Source of the DNA: Desulforegulaceae bacterium
Lineage (GTDB): Bacteria > Desulfobacterota > Desulfobacteria > Desulfobacterales > JACKCP01
Assembly (NCBI GenBank): GCA_034006035.1
Contig: JAVETN010000010.1
Location: 28,448 to 92,447, forward strand
DNA: 64,000 nt
Direction of reading: 5' to 3'
Shown: piece after piece, positions 56,896 to 64,000 of the stretch
How the letters are laid out: every line of letters begins with the position of its first letter
Position numbering within the stretch: position 1 is the stretch's first letter
The notes under the pieces: generated by a model
What the model was told of the DNA's origin: nothing
The model's database searches: none
The model's input: the letters and a program-made list of their open reading frames with translations, nothing else
Program-made: the position numbers and the translations under genes

Positions 56896-57753
56896 TTATT
56901 TAAAAAGCTCAATTTTTCCTTCCTTTTCAACTTTTAAAGGAAAGGCTTTAAAAAAATCAGGGCCTGGTTTTATTTCACCTTCAAGATTAAAAGCATACCC
57001 TGCGTCAGTGCTGGAGGTTAACATTTTATAAAAAGCAATTCCTGCGTTTGCAAAAGAAACATTAAAAGGAAATTCTATAAGTTTTTCACTTTTTGGCTCA
57101 ATTATAAAACCTGTTCCAGACTCTCCTCCTGCTAATTGACGCTCATTTAGTTCAAACTTATAATTATAGTTTTTCAAGTTCACTGAAAAATTATTTGGAT
57201 TTACAAATTTAATGCCAAGTTTAAGTGAGGCAGCAAAAAGATTGATCTGCTCAATTTTAAGACCCTCAACTTTTAAATTGGGAAGCCTGGGAATTGGAAT
57301 TTCACCTGTTGATAAAAAAGGGATTCTTGGATTACCGCCGCCAGGAAGATTAATACTTACACCTCCTTCAAAAACATAAGCAATTGAATCCTTATCCTTT
57401 ACTTCCACTGCAGATGAAAAAAGCTTTTTAAAATTCAAACTTAATGGAAAAATAACCTTAGTTGAAGTTTGAGCCTCTAAAACTATTGATTTATTTTGTT
57501 TTCCGCTTAAAAGCTCATTTTCATTAATTTTCAATGAATAATCAAGCATACCAATTGAAACTGAATAAATATTATCATTTAAAACTTCTAATTCCACATC
57601 AATATCAATTTTTTCAAAATCCAGGGAGGTAATTTCAATTGAGGAAACTTTAACCTCAGGGCTTTTCCATAAACCAGCATCTTTAAGCATTGAACAGCCG
57701 TTTAAAACAAGAATTAAAAATAAAAAGATGAAAACCCTGGTCAGTTTTTCCAT
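56896..57753 (-). CDS. lipoprotein with two LEA_2 (LEA14/NDR1-like) domains
   Basis: Lipobox LNGC. Two repeated beta-rich modules begin with PEVKVSSIEITSLDF and LPNLKVEGLKIEQINL. Confidence 0.6.
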   Translation of the reverse strand: MEKLTRVFIFLFLILVLNGCSMLKDAGLWKSPEVKVSSIEITSLDFEKIDIDVELEVLNDNIYSVSIGMLDYSLKINENELLSGKQNKSIVLEAQTSTKVIFPLSLNFKKLFSSAVEVKDKDSIAYVFEGGVSINLPGGGNPRIPFLSTGEIPIPRLPNLKVEGLKIEQINLFAASLKLGIKFVNPNNFSVNLKNYNYKFELNERQLAGGESGTGFIIEPKSEKLIEFPFNVSFANAGIAFYKMLTSSTDAGYAFNLEGEIKPGPDFFKAFPLKVEKEGKIELFK

Positions 57754-57976
57754 TTAAATTTTCCTTTATCAAAAATTAAATACTGGGCCTTTTAGAGCTT
57801 TAAAATGCAAGGATAGTTCTTATAAAAGTTATTACAAAAACAATTTTATGTAAACTCAGAATTCTTTTTCTTTAACTAAAGTTCATTTTTTAATTACGCT
57901 TTTTATCTCAAAGTAAAAATACAGCAAATTCAATTTTAAAAAAATAACTTTAAAAAAACAAAAAGATAAATAAAAC

Positions 57977-58020
57977 AAAAACGAGGCTAGATCTTTTAAA
58001 AGATAAAGCCTCGTTTTTTT
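57977..58020 (-). terminator. rho-independent terminator after the OmpA-family gene
   Basis: Stem ACGAGGCT / AGCCTCGT (57981-57988 / 58007-58014) extended by an AT inner stem and flanked by A/T runs. On the minus strand it is followed by TTTTTGTTTT. Confidence 0.6.
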
Positions 58021-58112
58021 AAGTAACAACTTATAAATCTGAAACTGTTTTTTTGAACCATTTTTCAAACAAATTTAAACGGACTAAATTCAGTTTCAGT
58101 TAAATATTAATT

Positions 58113-59474
58113 TTAATTAAGTGGCTTGAACTCAACTCTTCTGTTAAGAGCTCTTCCTTCTACAGTTTTATTTGTTGCTCTAGGATTTGAAGGGCCATAT
58201 CCTTTTGAAACAAGCCTGTTCGATGAAATACCTTTATTTTCAAGATATTTTTTTACAGAATCTGCTCTTTTCTCTGATAATTTATAGTTATAGGCCGAAT
58301 TCCCTGTGCTATCAGTATATCCCTGAACTTCTAGCTTGATATTTTTGTTCTCTTTTAAAGTAGCTGCCAGTTCGTCAAGAGCTGCTGCTGTTTTTGCATT
58401 TATTCCATCCTTCTCGGTACCAAACTGAATACCTTTATATAACCAAGTTCCTCTTTCAGTTATAGTAACTTTATCAGATACTGAAAGAACAGGACATCCG
58501 TATTTATCTACTTTAGTACCTTTTGGTGTATTAGGACACTTGTCTAGGCCATCATAAACTCCGTCACCATCTGAATCAATTGGACAGCCGTGTTTGTCTA
58601 CTATTGCACCTTTTGGTGTATTAGGGCACTTGTCCAGACCATCATAAACTCCGTCACCATCTGAATCAATTGGGCAACCGTATTTATCTACTATGGCACC
58701 TTTTGGAGTTCCAGGGCATTTGTCCAGGCTATCTATAACTCCATCACCATCTGAATCCAAAACCTTGGTGTAAACCAAACCAGCAAGCATTCCCTTGATT
58801 GCTTCATTATTATTCAAAGACTCAGCTTTATAAAATTTGCCGCATCCTGCTGATGAAGCAATACCTGCAAAAACTTTTTCACCTTCTACAGAATTTCCCA
58901 CATGCACCGGATAGACGCAGACATTGTTTCCATAGGCTCCCTTGATTTTATCAATAGATGCAAAAACTTTTTCATTGGCATCACGTCCGTCACCAAAAAT
59001 AAAGATTGCGGTTTTACCTGATGTATTGCCAAGCATATTGCAAGCATCGTCAATACTTAAATCCAAACGAGATGTTCCTCCTGGCTCTGAGACTTTTGCC
59101 TGGGCATTGTTAAATCTTGATTTGGAAAACTTGCTTAATTCAAGATTTACAAGGTTTGGCTTAGGAGAAATTGACATAAGATGGCCATATGTAAGATATG
59201 CTGAGTTAATGTCAATATCAGACGGCAGAGCTGAAATCATCTTGGTTATAATGTTTTGAGTTGCACTGAAACAAGTATGATTTCCAGAGCATTGCTCCAT
59301 GGAAGAAGATGTATCAGCTATGATTATAAGGTTATCCACTTTTTTTGAATAGTTGCTCCCATCAAAAACAGGGGGATTCCCAGCGGGAAGATCACTGCAT
59401 TGTTTTACTGAACAGCCAGAAACCAGAAAACCAATGGCAAATAAAGCTATTGCAGTTGTTTTGAAAAATTTCAT
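58113..59474 (-). CDS. VWA-like / thrombospondin type-3 repeat / OmpA C-terminal domain lipoprotein
   Basis: Lipobox VSGC, MIDAS-like ADTSSSM, three TSP3 repeats (DSDGDGVYDGLDKCPNTPKG) and an OmpA-like C-terminus (GYTDSTGN...NRRVEF). Confidence 0.85.
   Translation of the reverse strand: MKFFKTTAIALFAIGFLVSGCSVKQCSDLPAGNPPVFDGSNYSKKVDNLIIIADTSSSMEQCSGNHTCFSATQNIITKMISALPSDIDINSAYLTYGHLMSISPKPNLVNLELSKFSKSRFNNAQAKVSEPGGTSRLDLSIDDACNMLGNTSGKTAIFIFGDGRDANEKVFASIDKIKGAYGNNVCVYPVHVGNSVEGEKVFAGIASSAGCGKFYKAESLNNNEAIKGMLAGLVYTKVLDSDGDGVIDSLDKCPGTPKGAIVDKYGCPIDSDGDGVYDGLDKCPNTPKGAIVDKHGCPIDSDGDGVYDGLDKCPNTPKGTKVDKYGCPVLSVSDKVTITERGTWLYKGIQFGTEKDGINAKTAAALDELAATLKENKNIKLEVQGYTDSTGNSAYNYKLSEKRADSVKKYLENKGISSNRLVSKGYGPSNPRATNKTVEGRALNRRVEFKPLN
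58492..58761. repeat. 3 x 90-bp tandem repeat inside the OmpA-family gene
   Basis: Units begin at 58492, 58582 and 58672. Units 1 and 2 differ at about 9 of 90 positions and share an identical terminal run of about 30 nt. Unit 3 is more diverged. Confidence 0.85.
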
Positions 59475-59662
59475 ATTACCTCCGTTGTTTGTTAAATAAT
59501 CAATGTTCTAAAATTGAAAATCATTAGTGCCCGCTTTTAGTTTTTAAGGCAAACTGAATTATTCTCAATTTTAATTAAAATTACAATTATATAATCGCTT
59601 TTAAAAACATTTTACTCTTTAAGCTAAATTGAGCATTTTATATTTTCAAGATAAAAATGCAT

Positions 59663-61270
59663 TTAAAGGTTTTCAAAAAAGTCATTGCCCTTGTCATCTA
59701 TTACAAGAAAAGCTGGAAAATCATTTACTTTAATTTTAAAAACCGCCTCCATTCCAAGCTCTTCAAAATCTATAACCTCAATTGATTTTATACAATTTTT
59801 TCCTACAAGTGCGGCAGCTCCGCCTATTGCTCCAAGATAAAATCCTTTATATTTTTGGCAAGAGTTTTTTACAATTGAGGCTCTGTTCCCTTTGCCGATC
59901 ATTACAAGAGAACCTTGGTTCTTTTGAAATGGTTCAGTATATGAATCCATTCTTGCTGAAGTTGTCGGCCCAAAAGAACCAGATGGAAACCCCAAGGGAA
60001 CCTTTGCTGGACCTGCATAATATACAGGGTGATTTTTTATATAGGCTGGAAGTGTTTTTTCTTTTTCCAAAATTTCCAAAATTTTTGAATGGGCAATATC
60101 TCTGGCTACAATAATAGTTCCATTTAAAAGTATAGGGCTTGAAACACTTAATTTTGAAAGCTCTTCTCTTATTTTATCCATTGGCTGATCAAGATTTATT
60201 TTAGCAGGATTTTTAAAATCAACTTGTTCGTCGGGAAGATACTTTGAAGGATCTTTTTCTTTTTCTTCAAGAAAAATTCCATCCTCATTAATAAGCCCAA
60301 ATTGATTCCTGTGAGCATAACAGCTGACCCCTATACTTACAAACACAGAAGCTCCATGCCTTGGAAGGCTTATGGCTTTGGTTGATAAAGCAAAGTATTT
60401 TCCTCCGTACTGAGCTCCCATTTTCGTGTTTACGCAGATATCAGAAATAATTTTTTCAATTTCAAAATCTCTTAAAGCATAATATTCACCTGATTTTGAA
60501 GGCTTGACATGTTCAAGCGAACCTGAAGTAAGGAGTTTTAAGGTTTTAAGATTCATTTCAGGAGAAGTTCCTCCAATCACAACACCGATATTATAAGGAG
60601 GGCAAGCTGCTGTTCCTATTTTTTTTATATTTGCTTCAAGAAAAGTTCTAAATTCAGCTGGCTTTAGAAGGGATTTATTTTCAGTAAAAAAGAATGTCTT
60701 ATTGGAAGACCCTCCTCCTTTTGCTACAAAGTTGAATTTAAAATCATTTCCTTTTCCTGAATAAATATCTATTTGAGCCGGAAGATTTGTTTTTGAATTT
60801 ATTTCTTCATAAAAAGATAAGGGAACAAGCTGTGAATACCTTAGGTTTTCATTTTTATATGTTTCAAAAACCCCTTCGCTCAAAGCTTTTTTTTCATCAA
60901 AATCTGTTAAGACTAAATTTCCTTTTTCAGCTGAAATTGTTGCAGTACCAGTATCTTGGCATAGAGGGAAAATTTTTGAAGATGAAATCACAGCATTTTC
61001 AATTAATTTTCTTGCAACAAATTTGTCATTTTCACTTGATTCTTTATCTTTTAAAATATCTGATAATTTTTGAAGATGAGATTTTGAAAAAAAATAGTTT
61101 ATTTCTGAAAAACTTTTTTCTGCAATTGTTTTTAAGTCATCATACTCTATTTTAAGATAGTTTTTGTTATCAAACTTTAAAACAGAGCCCCCTTTACCAG
61201 AAACTTTTTCAAATTTTACGTTCCCAAAATCAAACATAGGATAAAGGGGTAAGTATTTAAATTCAGACAT
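59663..61270 (-). CDS. class I (Fe-S) fumarate hydratase, fused alpha/beta type
   Basis: 535 aa with full-length similarity to Fe-S type tartrate/fumarate hydro-lyases (CQDTGTA, GGGSSNK, GKGNR). Confidence 0.9.
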   Translation of the reverse strand: MSEFKYLPLYPMFDFGNVKFEKVSGKGGSVLKFDNKNYLKIEYDDLKTIAEKSFSEINYFFSKSHLQKLSDILKDKESSENDKFVARKLIENAVISSSKIFPLCQDTGTATISAEKGNLVLTDFDEKKALSEGVFETYKNENLRYSQLVPLSFYEEINSKTNLPAQIDIYSGKGNDFKFNFVAKGGGSSNKTFFFTENKSLLKPAEFRTFLEANIKKIGTAACPPYNIGVVIGGTSPEMNLKTLKLLTSGSLEHVKPSKSGEYYALRDFEIEKIISDICVNTKMGAQYGGKYFALSTKAISLPRHGASVFVSIGVSCYAHRNQFGLINEDGIFLEEKEKDPSKYLPDEQVDFKNPAKINLDQPMDKIREELSKLSVSSPILLNGTIIVARDIAHSKILEILEKEKTLPAYIKNHPVYYAGPAKVPLGFPSGSFGPTTSARMDSYTEPFQKNQGSLVMIGKGNRASIVKNSCQKYKGFYLGAIGGAAALVGKNCIKSIEVIDFEELGMEAVFKIKVNDFPAFLVIDDKGNDFFENL

Positions 61271-61613
61271 GTTTTGTAACCTTATTTAACCTAATTGATT
61301 TAAATATCTACCAGCTTAAATTTCACCAAACTTATAAAAAATTATCCCTGAAGTTTAAATTCTTAATTGAAATAAAACAAACTTCTAACTTTTGTTCAAT
61401 CACTTACTAAAAAACAAAAAGTTGCTAACAAGGAATTATAAATAATACTACAATTTTGAAAAGATTGGAACATTAATCTACTAGACTTTAACTTGTCAAT
61501 TAAAACAATGAGAACGGAATTTAAACAAACTTTATAGTTTTTGGTATAAAAGGAAAAAACTTGAATAAAAGCTGTTACAGGCTTGGGACAAAGAATTTTG
61601 AGAAAGGTTTGGG

Positions 61614-61639
61614 TAACCAGCCTCGGTCAAGGCTGGTTA
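61614..61639 (-). terminator. hairpin 20 nt downstream of the satP-like gene
   Basis: 9-bp stem TAACCAGCC / GGCTGGTTA with an 8-nt loop. No clear T-run. Confidence 0.5.
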
Positions 61640-61658
61640 ATCTTACTATAGTTTTTAA

Positions 61659-62252
61659 CTATTTAACTATTGGACCAGGAAGAGGTAAGACAGTCCTATT
61701 AAAAACAGTATTATTAGTAACTGCACCAATTATATAAAGAGCAATAAATCCTGCTGTAATCAGAACCCATCCTATAATCGGTTTTACCCCAGTTGAAGCA
61801 ACCCCCATGTCAAGCAAAAAAATAAGCCATAAAGCTATGTCAAGGAGAATAACAACAATAAATAAAAGCAAAGATGTTTTCAAATAAGCAGGTGTTACTA
61901 CTGTAAGAAACAAAGCTCCTGCCATCCAACACCATCCCTCGATAACTACATGAGGTGTAATCCCTGATTTAATCATGAAAAACTTTGCCAAAGTACTAAA
62001 GCAAGCAGCAAACATGAAAAAGGCACAAAAAAAGAGAAATACATTACCTCCTGTAACATTATGATCTTTTAGCTCAATAACGGCAACTGTAAACTGAACA
62101 ATTCCGCCCCCAAAAAGCCAAGCAGCAAGCAAAGGCAGACCTGCTAATTCTATTTTACCAAGAAAAACAGCTCCAAAACCAAAACATGCTACAACAAGTG
62201 CTCCAAGCCCTGCAGGTGCAGGAGTTGCGAAGGAATGCTTAATTTCTGTCAT
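61659..62252 (-). CDS. satP: GPR1/FUN34/YaaH family acetate/succinate channel
   Basis: N-terminal FATPAPAGLGAL motif and six hydrophobic helices in 197 aa. Confidence 0.75.
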   Translation of the reverse strand: MTEIKHSFATPAPAGLGALVVACFGFGAVFLGKIELAGLPLLAAWLFGGGIVQFTVAVIELKDHNVTGGNVFLFFCAFFMFAACFSTLAKFFMIKSGITPHVVIEGWCWMAGALFLTVVTPAYLKTSLLLFIVVILLDIALWLIFLLDMGVASTGVKPIIGWVLITAGFIALYIIGAVTNNTVFNRTVLPLPGPIVK

Positions 62253-62340
62253 AAAAATGCTCCTTTAATTTTAATGCTTTCAAGGGTAATTAAAAACTAT
62301 TGTCTTTTGCTCATATATATTTAGGAGAGATATAAAAGCC

Positions 62341-63192
62341 TTAGTTATACTCATAAAACCCGCGACCTGTTTTTCGACCAAGCCTGCCTGCTTCAACATA
62401 TTTTCTAAGCAATGGGCATGGACGATACTTGGAATCACCAAAACCTTTATGAAGAGTTTCCATGATTGCAAGACAGGTATCAAGACCAATGAGATCTGCC
62501 AGTGCAAGCGGGCCCATTGGATGATTCATACCAAGCTTCATCGCTGAGTCTATAGCCTCTTTTGTTCCCACACCGTGATAAAGTGTAAAAACAGCTTCAT
62601 TAAGCATTGGCATAAGAATTCTGTTTGCTATAAATCCAGGAAAATCGCTTGACTCCGCAGGAGTTTTTCCAAACTTATCAATCAGGCCAATTGTAATATC
62701 AAAAGTTTTTTGATCAGTTTCAAGACCTCGGATAATTTCTACAAGCTTCATAACCGGAACTGGATTCATAAAATGCATTCCAATTACTTTTTCTGGCCTT
62801 TTTGTCTGGGATGCTATTCTTCCTATTGGAATGGAAGAAGTGTTTGTTGCAAGAATAATATCTTTTTTACAAATCCCATCAAGGTCTTTAAAAAGCTTAA
62901 ACTTAAGATCTTCTCTTTCAACTGCAGCCTCTACAACAAAGTCAGCATCCTTTAAACCAGATAGATCTGATGAGGTTTTAATTCTTTTCATAATTTGATT
63001 TTTTTCATCATCAGTCATTCTTTCTTTGGATACAGATCTTGAAAGATTTTTTTCTATAACTGAAAGACCCTTTTCACATGCTTCATCGCTGATGTCATAC
63101 ATTATTACATCTAGGCCACTTTGAGCTGCAACCTGTGCAATTCCATTCCCCATTTGACCGGCCCCAACCACACCAAAAAGTTTAATTTCCAT
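62341..63192 (-). CDS. hbd: 3-hydroxybutyryl-CoA dehydrogenase
   Basis: NAD-binding VVGAGQMGNGIAQV and full-length Hbd similarity. Confidence 0.9.
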   Translation of the reverse strand: MEIKLFGVVGAGQMGNGIAQVAAQSGLDVIMYDISDEACEKGLSVIEKNLSRSVSKERMTDDEKNQIMKRIKTSSDLSGLKDADFVVEAAVEREDLKFKLFKDLDGICKKDIILATNTSSIPIGRIASQTKRPEKVIGMHFMNPVPVMKLVEIIRGLETDQKTFDITIGLIDKFGKTPAESSDFPGFIANRILMPMLNEAVFTLYHGVGTKEAIDSAMKLGMNHPMGPLALADLIGLDTCLAIMETLHKGFGDSKYRPCPLLRKYVEAGRLGRKTGRGFYEYN

Positions 63193-63252
63193 TTTGAATC
63201 CTTATTTTATTGATTTAGAAAATATTTACCTTTGTATTTTAAGATTAAGATA

Positions 63253-63268
63253 TGCAATCACTATGCCA
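63253..63268 (-). promoter_or_regulatory. sigma54 (-24/-12) promoter upstream of hbd
   Basis: The minus strand reads TGGCATAGTGATTGCA, against the consensus TGGCAC-N5-TTGCW, with GG and GC exactly 10 bp apart. It lies about 60 nt upstream of the hbd ATG, which has AAGGA as its SD. Confidence 0.7.
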
Positions 63269-63350
63269 CAGACTCCATCCCCAACTAAATCAATATATTA
63301 AAATATTAGAGCTGGAAATAAAAAAAGCAAACTAGCAAACCACAGCTACC

Positions 63351-63417
63351 ATGTAACCAAACGGTTACCTTAGATGCTGTTAAAAACACGAACATTCAGG
63401 GTTAACAGTGGTTACAT
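63351..63417. promoter_or_regulatory. cluster of GTAACC/GGTTAC repeats (candidate enhancer-binding-protein UAS)
   Basis: 16-bp palindrome GTAACCAAACGGTTAC (63353-63368), GGTTAAC at 63399-63405 and GGTTAC at 63410-63415. ATGTAACCA (63351-63359) is the exact inverted repeat of TGGTTACAT (63409-63417). The cluster lies 85-165 bp upstream of the sigma54 promoter. Confidence 0.5.
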
Positions 63418-63497
63418 GATTGAAGGGGTGTTATCTACACATAATGTCACAATGAGCTCTAGCAAACTTTTCAAAAAAACCAGGACTTTATCTGGAC

Positions 63498-64000
63498 TTA
63501 TTTTGAGTTAACTGCTCTGTCCCAAGTTTTTAATGCACATAAGTCACCACACATTGTGCAAACATCTCTTTTACTGTCTTCAGAAGAATTCCTTCTTTTT
63601 CTTGCAAGCTCAGGATCTATTGAAAGTTCAAACATTTTTTCCCAGTCAAAATTTCTCCTGGCATCAGCCATTTCAAGATTTCTTTCCCAGGCACCTTTCA
63701 CACCTTTTTCTATATCTCCTATATGAGCCGCAATTTTTGAAGTAACAACACCCAGTCTTACATCTTCAAGATCCGGAAGAGTAAGATGCTCTGCAGGTGT
63801 TACATAACAAAGAAAATCAGCTCCATTGGCTGCGGCAACAGCACCTCCAATTGCTCCGACAATGTGATCATATCCTGGAGCGACATCTGTAGGAAGCGGG
63901 CCTAAGACATAATATGGAGCATTTTCACAAAATCTTTTTTGCTGTTTCATATCCCCTGCAATTCTATTTAAAGGAACATGACCAGGCCCTTCAATCATTA
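63498..64000 (-). CDS. thiC: phosphomethylpyrimidine synthase ThiC, C-terminal part (gene continues beyond window)
   Basis: [22 protein letters not shown] and the C-terminal [11 protein letters not shown] cluster motif. Confidence 0.9.
   Translation of the reverse strand, partial: MIEGPGHVPLNRIAGDMKQQKRFCENAPYYVLGPLPTDVAPGYDHIVGAIGGAVAAANGADFLCYVTPAEHLTLPDLEDVRLGVVTSKIAAHIGDIEKGVKGAWERNLEMADARRNFDWEKMFELSIDPELARKRRNSSEDSKRDVCTMCGDLCALKTWDRAVNSK

Noticed and set aside
57883-58068. 61-aa ORF in the LEA_2 / OmpA intergenic region.
   Set aside because: It spans the terminator hairpin at 57977-58020, has K/L/F-rich low-complexity composition and has no SD. It is most likely non-coding.
61271-61658. 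388-bp AT-rich region upstream of the fumarase gene, checked for small ORFs, ncRNA structure or a sigma54 site. GGTAACC in the satP terminator stem echoes the hbd UAS half-site.
   Set aside because: Only the satP-proximal hairpin is structured. There is no TGGCA/TTGC pair on the relevant strand, and the single shared hexamer is likely coincidental.
62280-62507. 75-aa ORF overlapping the 3' end of hbd.
   Set aside because: It runs out of frame within the well-supported hbd gene, and the remainder lies in the hbd-satP spacer. It has no supporting signal.
63193-63497. Looked for a TPP (THI-box) riboswitch near thiC.
   Set aside because: This region is downstream of thiC on the minus strand. 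The thiC 5' leader lies beyond position 64000, so a riboswitch cannot be assessed here.

Overview
AT-rich (about 30% GC by eye), densely coding chromosomal window from a Gram-negative bacterium. Mla lipid transport, WaaA, an OmpA-family protein and type IV pilus genes show the outer membrane. The enzyme set looks anaerobic: a HgdC-type activase with dehydratase-like subunits, an HdrD-like Fe-S protein, class I fumarase and a rubrerythrin-like protein. This and a sigma54 promoter fit a Desulfobacterota-like organism, but taxonomy cannot be fixed from sequence alone. I support about 65 CDS, with no rRNA, tRNA, CRISPR array, transposase or integrase seen.

Main blocks, in order:
- mlaEFDCA.
- A small accessory patch: a FliL-like lipoprotein, a hidden 53-aa Cys-rich ORF and a Zn-ribbon protein.
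- A complete MoxR/DUF58/BatA-E aerotolerance-type operon.
- An orphan trpB with a TrpR/YerC-like gene.
- waaA, then gap-pgk-pyk.
- A HgdC-like activase with two dehydratase-like subunits.
- A MATE pump.
- A minus-strand fimT-pilW-pilV-pilX-(DsbC-like)-(small secreted)-pilY1 operon, followed directly by HDOD and GGDEF-EAL genes.
- A long housekeeping operon: YhbP-like, UbiD-like, RHH, rlmN, rhomboid, coaBC, UDG-like, S4.
- A LOG-family gene.
- A terminator-bounded unit: Zn-ribbon HDOD, xthA, a membrane DUF2760-like protein, two non-canonical Hsp70 ATPases and a 92-aa ORF.
- CGGC and rhodanese genes, a LEA_2 lipoprotein, a VWA-TSP3-OmpA protein, fumarase, a sigma54-driven hbd-satP pair, and the 3' part of thiC.

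The best candidate for an undescribed system is the DUF2760 / paired Hsp70 / small ORF module at 48096-53858. Next is the physical coupling of the PilY1 and minor-pilin operon to c-di-GMP signalling genes. All family assignments come from motif recognition by eye, because no searches could be run.
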